This document shows positions 39,411-49,879 of a stretch of DNA of 64,000 bases, piece after piece. The DNA lies in the IMG/VR virus record IMGVR_UViG_3300023174_000133, positions 18,535-82,534 of that record; one strand, 5' to 3'. The stretch comes from a virus. Below the pieces are notes generated by a model. It was not told the DNA's origin. It saw nothing but the letters and a program-made list of their open reading frames with translations, and did not search any database. Position 1 is the first letter of the stretch. Each line of letters starts with the position of its first letter. The position numbers and the translations under genes were made by a program.

Positions 39411-39547
39411 CTTCTTTTCCTCGCCAGAATTCTGTCTCTAACCTACACAAAGGACAAGGATATTCAAGTGAACATTCTCGTTCAATGTAATCATTAGTGT
39501 AAGTCAATCTAACAAGATCTCTAATGATTTCGAGTAAAACCTGAAAT

Positions 39548-40491
39548 TTATTCAATAACTTGGACATATGATCGCCGAATCCAACCTTGCCCTTCACCAG
39601 GAACGATGACCTTCACCCACCATTCACCACGGGCGAATGCCGTATCGACGAGCAAGGACGACAAACCAGCCTTAAATTTAGGTCCTCGAGGTCGCCAATC
39701 AGCTGGGTCAACATCGTCTGATGGCACTTTGTTGAAGGTTGTGTAAGAACCATCAACCATTCGAAGCCTAACGAGGTCGCCCTGTTGCAAATCACATGGA
39801 ATATCACTTGAATTCACGGTTTCTTCTCCTTCTACATCTTGTAAAAATGCCACAACGTCCCCCAAAAAGTCTTAAGCTCGCCATTTAACATGACAGTAAC
39901 ATCGACAGCATCGCTTACACTCGCTTTCGATTTCGGGTGTTCAACCCCAGTAACGATACAAGGTCCATGAAAAGTATGCTCGGCACCAGTCGAATGGGTC
40001 GATAAAATAAATGGGTTGTGTATGAAAACTAAATCCCCTTCTTTCAATTTGTTAGCAGGAATCATCTTATTCGAATCTTTCGTTACGTCAAAGTTGAACA
40101 TCGTTCTACCTCATCATCGAAATACTCTCTGATTATACCATCACCGAACATAATTGATACAACGTATATGGGTTCTCTTGAAACCCGTCCAGCGTCTCTC
40201 ACACTTTTCAATTCGTGGTCATTCGCGTTAACTACGTTCCAAACAATTCCTGTATTAGGACAATTTAGATCGTCAAAATAATCGTGTTTGATGACTACAA
40301 GTTCACCGATGCTAAACATGGAAACGTCGCAAATTCGACAGTTTATACCAGCGACACTCGCCGTCGGGTGTCATAACTTTCCACATTCCATCTAAAAAAG
40401 TATCATGACGTAAAACAATACAAGTCGTCCCGTCGCTATCAGAAAATCCACCAGTATCGATCTTCGCCAAGTCTCCCGTTTTGATTGTCAT
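39548..40491 (-). other. Run of four small SH3/KOW-like genes (39548-39865, 39832-40101, 40083-40319, 40312-40491)
   Basis: Overlapping ORFs with QGDLV, EGDLV, IGELV and TGDLA motifs; 40312-40491 (MTIKTGDLAKID...WKVMTPDG) translated by hand. Confidence 0.65.
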
Positions 40492-40508
40492 TTCTACCTC
40501 ACAAGAAC

Positions 40509-40538
40509 AATATAACCTGTATCAAACATCTTTGACAT
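40509..40538 (-). promoter_or_regulatory. Early-type promoter
   Basis: TGTCAA-N17-TATATT upstream of the SH3-like run. Confidence 0.6.
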
Positions 40539-41057
40539 AGCAATCTTTGCCTCTATACCAAGTTTTTCCAGTCCTAATTTTTTTATAGACCGGTTCTACG
40601 GCATACTCGCCCCACCCCTCGGTTACGATTCCGTTGGGTAGTAAGAGTTTCATTTCATATCCACTATACTCAGGAATGTCTATCCACTCGAAATCGATAA
40701 CGACACCACACGTATCGTAAGGAATCTGATTGTCGTGTTGATCTGTCCAGCATCCATTAGAATACGGACTTTCAGTTTTATAAAATTTCATAATGTCTCC
40801 AATAGAGACTTTTTTCGGGTTCTTTTTCACGCAGTTTCCCAAGGAATCAGCGTATTCCAGCCGCATACAACGTACTCAATTTTTTCGCCTATTAAAACGA
40901 CATAATACCACATGTTCGTATTTTTTATGTTCGAAGAAAAATCGTACTTATCTGTGTGTTCTGCGGGTATTAATGGTCCATCGAGTAATACATACGGGCC
41001 CATTTTAGAACCATGTTGGTCTATCATCCCAACTAATTCGCCTTGCTTAAGAGTCAT
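40522..41057 (-). other. Two small SH3/KOW-like genes (40522-40866, 40827-41057)
   Basis: SIGDIMKF..GVVID and KQGELVGM..WYYVVLIG. Confidence 0.6.
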
Positions 41058-41066
41058 ACAATCATT

Positions 41067-41288
41067 TTATTCTTCTGTAGACGTTTTTTCACGATTCAAG
41101 TAGTCGTAAAATTCGAAGGCCAACCAAGTGAAAGTAAACAATTCGATAGCAACAGGCCAGATCGCGAACCAGTAAAACGTTTCGTTTTTGTCCTTGTCTT
41201 CGCTAAAGTCTTCACTCGGGTAAGCCATCCGAAAGCGAGTGAAAAGATAGAACCAGGCGTAAAAACAGAAAAGGTGAAACATCAGCAT
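41067..41288 (-). CDS. Small two-TM membrane protein
   Basis: Two hydrophobic helices; GGAG SD; promoter at 41319-41347. Confidence 0.6.
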   Translation of the reverse strand: MLMFHLFCFYAWFYLFTRFRMAYPSEDFSEDKDKNETFYWFAIWPVAIELFTFTWLAFEFYDYLNREKTSTEE

Positions 41289-41447
41289 CTTTCGTTCTCC
41301 TACGCTTTATCTTTAAATAATATAACCCGTTGATCTTAAGCGTGACATGTCATTCTGCATTTATTTTTAAATAAATTTTGAAATTTAGTGAAGATTGCGA
41401 ATATCTATATTTAATCGTAAGATAAACTAATAAAGGTAGAAATCAAA

Positions 41448-41825
41448 ATGAAAGATAAATGCTATTTTTATAGAGCCGTAGTATTGAAAGTCACAGACGG
41501 AGACACGATCATGGCCGACATAGACGTCGGATTCGGATTCAAAATGTCGAAGGCCCACGTCAGACTCGATGGAATAGATGCCGGCGAAGTGCACTCTAAA
41601 GACGAAGAAATAAAAAATAAAGGTCTGGCCGCAAAAGACTGGTTAGACAAGCAAATCATGGGTAAAGAAATCTACGTACAGTCAGGTGGATTCGACAAAT
41701 ATGGAAGAGTGTTAGCGAAAATCTACACGTTAGATGGATTGTGCTGTAACGAAGAGCTAATCAAATCCGGACTTGCTTTAGCATATGACGGCGGCACGAA
41801 GCATCAGGAATTGCTCAAGGGATAA
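41448..41825 (+). CDS. Thermonuclease (SNase-like)
   Basis: VTDGDT, VRLDGIDAGE, DKYGRVLA, LIKSGLA. Confidence 0.92.
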   Translation: MKDKCYFYRAVVLKVTDGDTIMADIDVGFGFKMSKAHVRLDGIDAGEVHSKDEEIKNKGLAAKDWLDKQIMGKEIYVQSGGFDKYGRVLAKIYTLDGLCCNEELIKSGLALAYDGGTKHQELLKG

Positions 41826-42403
41826 ATTTTTTAAACTGGAATTCGGCCAGTGACCAAATTTGTCCGTCGGAACAGAGCACTCTCCATTCGTTACCACCGC
41901 TATCGTCATCGCGTATAGTCGTCATTTCCAGTAACAAACCGACCTGCTTTACACCTGGTGGCCTGGCGAGAGGAAATGCGAGTATAAGCTCTCCTGGTTT
42001 ATAGATATCGTCACTCATTCAACTTGGCTAATAGATTCATGGGGACGGGAGACGTAAGACCATCTCCCCACATGACGATAGCCTCAGGAATGTATTCGTA
42101 TTTAACAACCCACTCGCCTTTTTTCTTCGAAAAACGAACAGAAGATTCATGTCGTGCCCAGTGAGCGTCGATAACGATTCCCTGTTCGAAGTCTATTTCG
42201 AGTGATCCATTTTTGTATCGAAGTCTCGTAACCAAATCGCCAGGTGCAAGAGTCTTCTCATGCGTCTGGTGTGGTGGATATTCATCGATGGGAAGATATT
42301 CACGCGAAGTATCGAAACCATGGCGATTAAGGCTTTCATCAGCCATAGCCATTGATTTCGTTTTTCGTCGCCTAAGCTTGCTATCGATGTTTTTAGTAGT
42401 CAT
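41815..42403 (-). other. Two SH3/KOW-like genes (41815-42018, 42011-42403)
   Basis: KPGELIL...WRVLCSDG and APGDLVT...GIVID...VMWGDG. Confidence 0.6.
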
Positions 42404-42409
42404 AAAAAC

Positions 42410-42739
42410 CTATAGCTTTGAGACCATCTCGGCAATTTTTTGAATGTTATTAGTTGCCATGGAATCCACAACAGCACCACTTCGCATCGTCATAATAAAC
42501 GGTACAGCCTGGATATTGTGTTGCTGCGTGATTTCCATGTTCTTCTCGATATCCATCCAGAACGCTGTCACCTTATGTTCTTTCGCGATAGCTGGTATCT
42601 TCGGCTTTACCATCTTGCAAGGACCACACCATGAAGCAGTGAAAATAATTACACACTTTTCTGCGTTCAAAGTAAGATAGTCATAATCACTCGTAGTAAG
42701 TTCCTTAAAGTCGATGTCTTCCCACATTCGATTCTCCAT
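42410..42739 (-). CDS. Thioredoxin
   Basis: FTASWCGPCK; AVPF cis-Pro motif. Confidence 0.92.
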   Translation of the reverse strand: MENRMWEDIDFKELTTSDYDYLTLNAEKCVIIFTASWCGPCKMVKPKIPAIAKEHKVTAFWMDIEKNMEITQQHNIQAVPFIMTMRSGAVVDSMATNNIQKIAEMVSKL

Positions 42740-42740
42740 A

Positions 42741-43664
42741 CTATGCAACAATTTTAACGTGTTGCTTTGAAATGTATTGAATTACTGCGAGTTCTTTCAT
42801 TTTCGCCTCGATGTCGCAATCGAAAGACAGGCCATAGTCATTAACAGGTCCATCAACAAAATCAGAATGCGCCTGCGGGATGACATCTTTGCCTTCACGA
42901 AGTGATGCAGATTCGCTGTAGTGCGTCAACTGCCGAACACCTGCAGGCCAAGTAGACGCTGCAAGTCGGAGTTCTTCTTCCTCGTTCATTCCTTCGCTCT
43001 TTCGAAATTTTGCATGGTGGAAATCGTGCACGATGGGAATTCCAACACGCTTGTGAATCATCTCATAGAGGTCGAGAGTCGAAAAGAGAGATTCTTTGTC
43101 GTCGTTTTCAACGGTGAGTCGAGTCTTGACGCAGTCAGGAAGTCGTTCGAAATTTTTACAAAAGCGTTCAGCTGCAGACGTTCGATCACCATGGGCACCA
43201 CCGGCGTGAATGTTAATCAATGCTTCCGGACTACGGGGAAGACCGATGTAATCCATGATTTTACCGTGGATAGTCAGGTCTTTGATACAATTGAGAACAA
43301 CATGCTCGTGTGGCGAAGTAAGACAATTAAACTGGCCTGGATGGAACGTGAGACGCTGATTAGAACGTTTCGCGATTTCACCAACTTCACGAAGCACCTC
43401 ACTGATTTCTTGCCAATCTGGGAGCGACTCCATCTCGTATTCAGATGCCCACGGGAAGAGGTCTGAAGTCATGCGATATACTTCGAAACCGTTCTTCGCA
43501 TTCCATTCCACAATCCCGCGAAGGATTTTTACATTTTCGAGCGAGAGCTTCGAAGCGTGCGGCAAGCCTTTCTCAAGCCAGGTGCGCTTGATCATAGACC
43601 GAAAGCCGCCCTGCTTTCCGAGGGTAACGTTAAGACACGCATAACCGAAACGAACGTGAGACAA
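42741..43664 (-). CDS. uvsE: UV damage endonuclease
   Basis: FGYAC, YRMTSDLFPW, RLTFHPGQF, LTVENDD, DFHH, HSD, EAKMKE; TTG start after GGAGG. Confidence 0.93.
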   Translation of the reverse strand: MSHVRFGYACLNVTLGKQGGFRSMIKRTWLEKGLPHASKLSLENVKILRGIVEWNAKNGFEVYRMTSDLFPWASEYEMESLPDWQEISEVLREVGEIAKRSNQRLTFHPGQFNCLTSPHEHVVLNCIKDLTIHGKIMDYIGLPRSPEALINIHAGGAHGDRTSAAERFCKNFERLPDCVKTRLTVENDDKESLFSTLDLYEMIHKRVGIPIVHDFHHAKFRKSEGMNEEEELRLAASTWPAGVRQLTHYSESASLREGKDVIPQAHSDFVDGPVNDYGLSFDCDIEAKMKELAVIQYISKQHVKIVA

Positions 43665-43920
43665 TCGAACCTCCTGTTCTACTAATAACATGTTTTACGA
43701 TAAAAGGGAAACGCTATTCGCAATCTTTTTCAATTTCTTTTTCTAATCGTCGAAGAAGAATAAGACAAAAAACACCAAAAATAGTGCAAAAAGATACAAA
43801 AGAAAATGCTCCCTCTCGGGTAAACAAGACCCACAATAATAAGTTAGTTAGCAACGTTATTATCGAATAGAGCAAGGGATTCCACCCCCTATTCGATACA
43901 TAGTATGTGAGAGGGTGAAA

Positions 43921-44166
43921 ATGAGCGTCGCAAACGAAATAGAGAAAGCACCACTTCAATCGAAGAAGTTTATAGCCTATGTCTTGTCAAATATGACTTT
44001 GAAAGCTCTCATTTTCTATATGACATATAAAAATGAAGGAGATATAGTCATTATGACAAGTCTCACAGCTTCAACATTTTTAGATATAGGCTACATTCTT
44101 GGGCAGGCCGCGCTGGATCGATATGTTAGAGTAGCATCGATATCAAGGCCAAAACCCAAGCCTTAG
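43921..44166 (+). CDS. Holin-like small two-TM protein
   Basis: SKKFIAY...GYILGQAALD pattern; convergent with the putative endolysin. Confidence 0.5.
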   Translation: MSVANEIEKAPLQSKKFIAYVLSNMTLKALIFYMTYKNEGDIVIMTSLTASTFLDIGYILGQAALDRYVRVASISRPKPKP

Positions 44167-44870
44167 ATTTTGGGAATTGTTACACCACGAACTTTAAGTG
44201 GCGCTTTCAAATCCCAATTATCTGATTTTGCCAATTCCTCGAGCGCATCCATCCTATATACGGTCTTCTGCACAAGGGGATTCGAATTGGATAGTAACCA
44301 GTCGCGACGTGCCTTGATATATGCATGCACCCAAGCCTTCTCGTTCCCGCCCTTCGAAGGCGACGCTTCTGGGAACTTCGCACGAATGTTTGCGACCCCA
44401 GCAGGACCAGAATGGATACAAGTGTCGTATATAACAAGGTGGCCGAGCGCCGTCGTTAGACCAGCATTTTGGGCATGACCCACAGCAGGAATCCAATAAC
44501 CGGCGTCGAATACTTCGTCCTGCGCTTCTCGCATTAGCGGGTCTGCACCAGCCTGTTTTAAAACATCGATAAGGTTTGTAGCCCAGACGGGTTGCTTTTT
44601 CGGATCTAACTTCGCAGTCTCGTTCGCAGCCAAACGAGCGAGGAACGGTTTCAATTGCTCTGCAAAAATACCACCCTTTTCGATGTATAGTTGAACGATT
44701 TTATCAAGAGATCCAGCACGATCGGTAGCCTGGTGTTTGCCGTATGAAATGCCAGCGCCATCGGTCAAAATTGTACAAGTCGAATAAGACGCAGCAGATG
44801 GAATCTTGCCAGTCTCGAAAATAGAAAGTACACAATCAACAACGTATTTTTGTTCTTTAGTAATAGACAA
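44163..44870 (-). CDS. GH46 chitosanase-like lysozyme-fold hydrolase (putative endolysin)
   Basis: SIFETG, DGAGISYG..QAT, AQDEVFD..YW.PA, IYDTCIHSG, YRM. Confidence 0.75.
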   Translation of the reverse strand: MSITKEQKYVVDCVLSIFETGKIPSAASYSTCTILTDGAGISYGKHQATDRAGSLDKIVQLYIEKGGIFAEQLKPFLARLAANETAKLDPKKQPVWATNLIDVLKQAGADPLMREAQDEVFDAGYWIPAVGHAQNAGLTTALGHLVIYDTCIHSGPAGVANIRAKFPEASPSKGGNEKAWVHAYIKARRDWLLSNSNPLVQKTVYRMDALEELAKSDNWDLKAPLKVRGVTIPKI

Positions 44871-44909
44871 TTGATTCTCCAGATTATATTCTACAAACGA
44901 AAGATTAAT

Positions 44910-45224
44910 TTACACGAACCAAGCGACGTCAATTTTATACATTTCTAATTTATCGATTTGTTCCTGTTCAAAAATATCGCAATCTCGAGATTCTATTACT
45001 TCATCTATGTCGGCATCGAATATGATTAAATCTACACCAGCGTCTGTATATAAAACAGCAGAACCAGTTTCGAGTTTTTTAACTAATTTCGCATCGCCAT
45101 CTGGATATTCGACGGCCCAAGACGGAGGTTGCACTAACACGTACGGTTTATTGTCTACCATGATGACTACACGATCATTGTTCTGAATCAATAAATGGGC
45201 TCTACTACTATCATCCTGGGGCAT
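44910..45224 (-). CDS. Hypothetical protein
   Basis: ORF with an ATAGTTA box upstream. Confidence 0.6.
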   Translation of the reverse strand: MPQDDSSRAHLLIQNNDRVVIMVDNKPYVLVQPPSWAVEYPDGDAKLVKKLETGSAVLYTDAGVDLIIFDADIDEVIESRDCDIFEQEQIDKLEMYKIDVAWFV

Positions 45225-45284
45225 AATAAAACTCTCGCTTTCATATTTCTAACTATCATTTAAAAAGATATAATCTTTATTATT

Positions 45285-45491
45285 TTACGAAGCGAGTGTA
45301 GTTCTAGACACCAATGTAAAATTCTTCGAATCGTACCAACGAGCCTCAGACGAGCTCGAAGAAAAAAATCTAACGAATAAATCCTCAGTACCCGTGATCG
45401 TAGCAACTCGTCTGTCCAAAACTATTCCGTAATCCTTCTCTTCGCGGCGCCAAGAGACGAGGTCCCCAATGTCGAATAGTTGGCCAGACAC
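45285..45491 (-). CDS. Small SH3/KOW-like protein
   Basis: FDIGDLVSW...YGIVLD...VRFF..RWY. Confidence 0.65.
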   Translation of the reverse strand: MSGQLFDIGDLVSWRREEKDYGIVLDRRVATITGTEDLFVRFFSSSSSEARWYDSKNFTLVSRTTLAS

Positions 45492-45593
45492 TCTTACTTA
45501 TCCTCCTCGTTAATAGCTTTGATAAGTAATTTTTCAACTTCTGTTAGAGTTTGTATAATTTGAACTGCTTCATTTTGCGCCCGATCTAATCGT

Positions 45594-45854
45594 TTAGCAG
45601 CTCGAGACATTGTACGGACCATCCTCAAAATTCTCTTCAAGTAATCCATCAAACAACCCCAACATTTGTTCTCGAATCAATTCACGCAATATCGATTCTT
45701 TCATTTCTATCGCACCAATTTGTGCGCGGGCAGATTTTTTAGAACGATGACAATTAGAGTGGTGCTTTCCCTTCTTGTCTGTGTAAGTCATAGTATAAGA
45801 ACCAGAACCACCGTCTGAACGCTTACACTTTCTTTTTCTTATACTATACGGCAT
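45594..45854 (-). CDS. Basic protein with internal/C-terminal tag
   Basis: K/R-rich N-terminal half, then MKESILRELIREQML; ATATTTA box and AGGAG SD. Confidence 0.75.
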   Translation of the reverse strand: MPYSIRKRKCKRSDGGSGSYTMTYTDKKGKHHSNCHRSKKSARAQIGAIEMKESILRELIREQMLGLFDGLLEENFEDGPYNVSSC

Positions 45855-45884
45855 ATTATCTCCTATTATTAAATATCGGAGACT

Positions 45885-46250
45885 TTATTTACGACCGCCC
45901 TCTTTCACTTCGAATTTCAGGACTCGTTCCTGGATCGATTTGTGAAAGTTTCCTTTAGGGTCGCGACCACGTTCATCACGAGCCAATGCGTCAAATTCTT
46001 CTCGATTCATGACAAGGTGAGGGCCATCCTGACCGGTTTTCGTTGAAAAATACAAGACGCTTTCAGGCCAGACTGCGACGACTCGGATCGTGCCCGTACC
46101 AGGGAGATGCCATTTCTGTCCGGCTGCGAGGTAACGACGGTTGGCAGGATCGACAAAGAAATTGATTACAATCGCGCCCCAACGTGCACCAGCGAAGAAG
46201 AAACCAGCACCCCACACGATCGCGAGTAACACCAGAGTCGCAGTTTCCAT
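45885..46250 (-). CDS. Membrane-anchored hypothetical protein
   Basis: N-terminal TM helix. Confidence 0.65.
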   Translation of the reverse strand: METATLVLLAIVWGAGFFFAGARWGAIVINFFVDPANRRYLAAGQKWHLPGTGTIRVVAVWPESVLYFSTKTGQDGPHLVMNREEFDALARDERGRDPKGNFHKSIQERVLKFEVKEGGRK

Positions 46251-46334
46251 TAGACACGCTCCTTATGTTAACAATATAACATCGTCATAAGAAAAATGGA
46301 AACGAAAACTTCTTTTTTATCGATGTATTTCGAA

Positions 46335-46838
46335 TTAAATTGCGACGTGACTTTTAGATGTGCCCTGCAATTCCCCTTCAACGCCTCGCCAATCCAACGC
46401 AGCACCAAAAAACACGTCGAATCCAGAACCCGGTTCATCTTTAACCATAAACTCTGCACCCAAAACTTTCATTATTTGTTTTTCTATCAACTTAGCGTTC
46501 GGCGGCCCAAATTCAGCAGTAATTTTTGGATTTGACGCAGCTTCAAGAACGCTGTAGGCTTTATAAACGGGGCTGGTCTTATCTGGGTTGACAATAGAAT
46601 AGGCGCTAAGCGTCTGGGATGGTCTAGAAACTTTGTTAATTCTATCTAAAAATTCGTTCATGTGATCTAATGTCGGTGGCGAAGATTTTCGAGTTTCTGA
46701 ATACTCAACAAGCGCTTCGAATAATCTCCTTGTATCCAGGTCATAGTATATCACGCCACCATGGCCGCCTTCGCTTAAAGCATGAATGTGTTCCCTAATC
46801 AAGTTTCTCAAAGCGCTGACTGTTTTCGAAATTTTCAT
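46335..46838 (-). CDS. Tagged hypothetical protein
   Basis: MKISKTVSALRNLIREHIHALSE; ATAGATA box upstream. Confidence 0.75.
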   Translation of the reverse strand: MKISKTVSALRNLIREHIHALSEGGHGGVIYYDLDTRRLFEALVEYSETRKSSPPTLDHMNEFLDRINKVSRPSQTLSAYSIVNPDKTSPVYKAYSVLEAASNPKITAEFGPPNAKLIEKQIMKVLGAEFMVKDEPGSGFDVFFGAALDWRGVEGELQGTSKSHVAI

Positions 46839-46863
46839 ATTTTTCCCGAATTAATATCTGTAT

Positions 46864-47271
46864 CTATCTAGCCCAACGCCCACCATCTCGATCGTTCCAC
46901 GGAATGGTCTCGAATCCAGATAATATCGCCTCTTCAGGCGTGGGAGCCCATAATTGACCGTTTCTCGTAATCAATGCCCAACCATTTCCAGATTCGACTA
47001 ACCTGACGCCAGGGTGTGACCACAACTCCTTAAGTCTTTCGATGGCAAGGTCAATCGTGGGTTGATGCGTCATATCCGGGACAGGATCTCGAACGCTCTG
47101 CATAAACTGATCACTGAACGGGCGACGACCGATGATGTCGTCAATGCGAGCACCAGCGCAATCGATCCTTTGACACTCGTTGCCTAGTCCCCATCCTTCA
47201 CAGACTTTCATCCCTTTCGACCACTCCCAACCCTTTACTTTCGCTAAGGCTCGACTAGCAGGCGTAGACAC
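46864..47271 (-). CDS. Hypothetical protein
   Basis: GWEWSKGM...PDMTHQPT; GGAG SD. Confidence 0.65.
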   Translation of the reverse strand: MSTPASRALAKVKGWEWSKGMKVCEGWGLGNECQRIDCAGARIDDIIGRRPFSDQFMQSVRDPVPDMTHQPTIDLAIERLKELWSHPGVRLVESGNGWALITRNGQLWAPTPEEAILSGFETIPWNDRDGGRWAR

Positions 47272-47279
47272 GAGAGCTC

Positions 47280-47693
47280 CTACCTTATGCTATAAAGAGG
47301 TCTATCTTGTCCACCCGAAGTCTCGTCGACGTTAACAGGAACTTCACCGTGTGGTAACTCTTCCTCTGGGAACTCTTCTTCGTATTCGTCAGCGAGACTC
47401 TTCAACCACTCCGCATGTTTCGGGTCTTGCATGATGAATTCCGGATCTTCCTCAGAATACATCGGATCACGCTTAATTAAGTCAGCCAATGTATCCTGTA
47501 TGACTTCACGTAAAAGCGATTCTTTCGTGAGCTTCTTCCACGTCTTCGCGTCGGGATATCCCTTTTCGCCAGGACGATGCGGTCTCTTACCAGATGCCTG
47601 TCTCGCACGAATATTATTCCAGAGATTATTAATATTCGTCTTGCTTTTACTCTTCTTTTTCTTTTTTCTTTTCTTCTTTTCTTCTATGTTCAT
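47280..47693 (-). CDS. Highly basic protein with internal tag and acidic tail
   Basis: Poly-Lys; LWNNIRAR..G.RP.RPGEKGYP; TKESLLREVIQD. Confidence 0.7.
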   Translation of the reverse strand: MNIEEKKKRKKKKKSKSKTNINNLWNNIRARQASGKRPHRPGEKGYPDAKTWKKLTKESLLREVIQDTLADLIKRDPMYSEEDPEFIMQDPKHAEWLKSLADEYEEEFPEEELPHGEVPVNVDETSGGQDRPLYSIR

Positions 47694-47755
47694 GTTAAAT
47701 GATCCGATTTGAGCACGCAGGCGATTTTTTAATCCCAGGCGTCGCAGGAGTAGAA

Positions 47756-48382
47756 TTAAAATTTAGTCCTTGGTAACTCTAACTTACCAGGAGCAGAAAC
47801 AGGCTTCGCACGGCCCTTCAAGATTCGTGTATAATCATTCGCGCGACTAGTCGCTTTAATAGCGTCGCCGATTTCCGAAGCAGCGACTCCCGTGAACATG
47901 ACAGGCACAAGATATTTCACGCACTGCAACACATCTTCAAAAGGCACGCCAGATAGATCAGCCATCGATAACAACAAAGAACCGATACCACCAATAGCCA
48001 CTGCGGTCGCAGCATTTGACAAACCAAGCTTTCTATCACCGAGCGCGTACGCTCTCTGTTGACGAAGGTAATCACGTGCAGGATCGGACATACCATCACC
48101 TTCTTGAAGTTCACCAGCTTCCACTTTCGAAGCTTCACGATCTAACAACTTGCCAACTGCATCGGGATTTTTAGCAGCAGGACCCAACTGCGCTCGCACA
48201 GCTTTCGCAAGGTCGTTCAATAATTTCTCGCCCTTAGGAGAACCCATCAACTTTTGTTGAATCATGATTTCTTCAGGGGTCAAGTCCAAACCACGCGGAT
48301 TCATAGAACCATCGTTTAAACTCTCGAGAATTTCTTCACGAACGATCTGACGCAACTTCGCTTCCGTCAATTTTAAGGTCAT
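47756..48382 (-). CDS. Tagged protein with hydrophobic hairpin
   Basis: MTLKLTEAKLRQIVREEILE; two hydrophobic segments. Confidence 0.75.
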   Translation of the reverse strand: MTLKLTEAKLRQIVREEILESLNDGSMNPRGLDLTPEEIMIQQKLMGSPKGEKLLNDLAKAVRAQLGPAAKNPDAVGKLLDREASKVEAGELQEGDGMSDPARDYLRQQRAYALGDRKLGLSNAATAVAIGGIGSLLLSMADLSGVPFEDVLQCVKYLVPVMFTGVAASEIGDAIKATSRANDYTRILKGRAKPVSAPGKLELPRTKF

Positions 48383-48397
48383 GCATATCTCCAAAAT

Positions 48398-48429
48398 AAA
48401 AAGGCCGTATACAGCTATGTATACGGCCC
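48398..48429 (-). terminator. Terminator hairpin that contains an ATACATA late box
   Basis: GGCCGTATAC/GTATACGGCC stem plus U tract. Confidence 0.65.
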
Positions 48430-48451
48430 GAGATATTAATCGATGTTAGGC

Positions 48452-48829
48452 TTACTCTTCTGTAGAAGCCTGCTCGTCACCGAGCTCCAAATCGTCGGTT
48501 AGACCGGGCGCAAGTTCCTTAATGTTCGGAGGAGCCTCGAGGTGCACAACGCCACCAGTCTCGGCGATAACCGTCATGGTAAGGGTCGAATCACGGTGGA
48601 AACCCGCCGAATATAGAACGCCACGGGTGAAGAATGGAACGAGGTTTGAATTTAGGACATTAGGAAATGGTAGCGGGAAGTTTTTAACTCGAGCGTCATT
48701 CGTCGAAACTAAACGAACAAGAAGCTCTGTCAACCCCTTTCCATCGGTAACGTCGGCTAACTCAGAAGTAATGCTATTGGGATCAACGGCTACGATAACT
48801 AAATCTAAACTATCACGAGATGTCGACAA
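48452..48829 (-). CDS. Hypothetical protein
   Basis: AAGGAG SD before a TTG start. Confidence 0.65.
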   Translation of the reverse strand: MSTSRDSLDLVIVAVDPNSITSELADVTDGKGLTELLVRLVSTNDARVKNFPLPFPNVLNSNLVPFFTRGVLYSAGFHRDSTLTMTVIAETGGVVHLEAPPNIKELAPGLTDDLELGDEQASTEE

Positions 48830-48881
48830 TGTGTTCTCCTTTGCTCAATTGCAATAGTATAATACACATGTCTGGGAATGT

Positions 48882-49382
48882 TTATAATCTACTTACACTG
48901 TCGCAGCCGGTGCGCCTCACGACGCGCCACTCGGCCGCGAAATCCACAGGACCCCGCGTTCCCCCGCCCAATCCCCACATCACATGACACTCGTACCGCC
49001 CAGTCGTCATGACATTCGCGATCAACAATGACCTCCGCCCTCGCCAGGCGTCGTCACCCGCAAAGTGCCACATACCCGGTCGAGGGCTCGGCAACGCCCC
49101 AAAACACGACGTCACATCCATCTCAATCACATCAAACGACCGGTCAGGAGAAAAATCGACGACCGTCTTAGGAGGCTCAACCCGGATCTCAGAACACGCA
49201 GGAGCCCATCCCGCAACCGTCACTTCGTTCTCTAACCCACCAACAACCCTCGTGACATCGACATGACTCGCAATGACAGTGGGCACAGCAGCGACGGCAG
49301 CAAAACAAAAAAATGCGAATAATATAGATACGAATAAACTCAAACGCACGTGACGCCTCCACAAAATAGGTATCAGCGTCAC
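48882..49382 (-). CDS. Secreted or membrane-anchored hypothetical protein
   Basis: N-terminal hydrophobic helix; GC-richer than its neighbours. Confidence 0.55.
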   Translation of the reverse strand: MTLIPILWRRHVRLSLFVSILFAFFCFAAVAAVPTVIASHVDVTRVVGGLENEVTVAGWAPACSEIRVEPPKTVVDFSPDRSFDVIEMDVTSCFGALPSPRPGMWHFAGDDAWRGRRSLLIANVMTTGRYECHVMWGLGGGTRGPVDFAAEWRVVRRTGCDSVSRL

Positions 49383-49414
49383 GTGCGAAATTTTAAAATG
49401 ATGTCGACGACTAA

Positions 49415-49849
49415 TTACATCCCATAGGGTACGTGCATTCCAAGCGATATGCGAAGCTGCTTTTCAGGAATCCCATCTGCAATAAGCTTATCGTAGTGTT
49501 TATCGACAATCTTGTGCCACCTATCAAACGCCCTGTCACTGTACTCGGCATCTGCAGCGCGAATAGGAAGACCATTTCGCACCAGTTCGCTTCTGACAAC
49601 CTGTATTTTCGCCTTTTGCTCGGGAGTCAGACCATCGTCAGGAGTAGCATAGCGCCTTGGCTCGGGAGGAGTTGAGGCTCCTGCGGCGCTCGGTCTAGAC
49701 ACACCCCTACCACCACCAGCGCGACTACCATCATCAGGACCACCTGGTCCACGATCGAGCCACTTGTCATACGCGCTTGTCTCTTGAACTCTCGCGACCT
49801 CTTCACGAATAATCTGGCGAAGTCTCGCCTCTGTCAATTTAATAGCCAT
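49415..49849 (-). CDS. Tagged hypothetical protein
   Basis: MAIKLTEARLRQIIREEVARVQE. Confidence 0.8.
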   Translation of the reverse strand: MAIKLTEARLRQIIREEVARVQETSAYDKWLDRGPGGPDDGSRAGGGRGVSRPSAAGASTPPEPRRYATPDDGLTPEQKAKIQVVRSELVRNGLPIRAADAEYSDRAFDRWHKIVDKHYDKLIADGIPEKQLRISLGMHVPYGM

Positions 49850-49879
49850 CGCAATGTCTCCTTTAAAAGAAAGTTTAAA

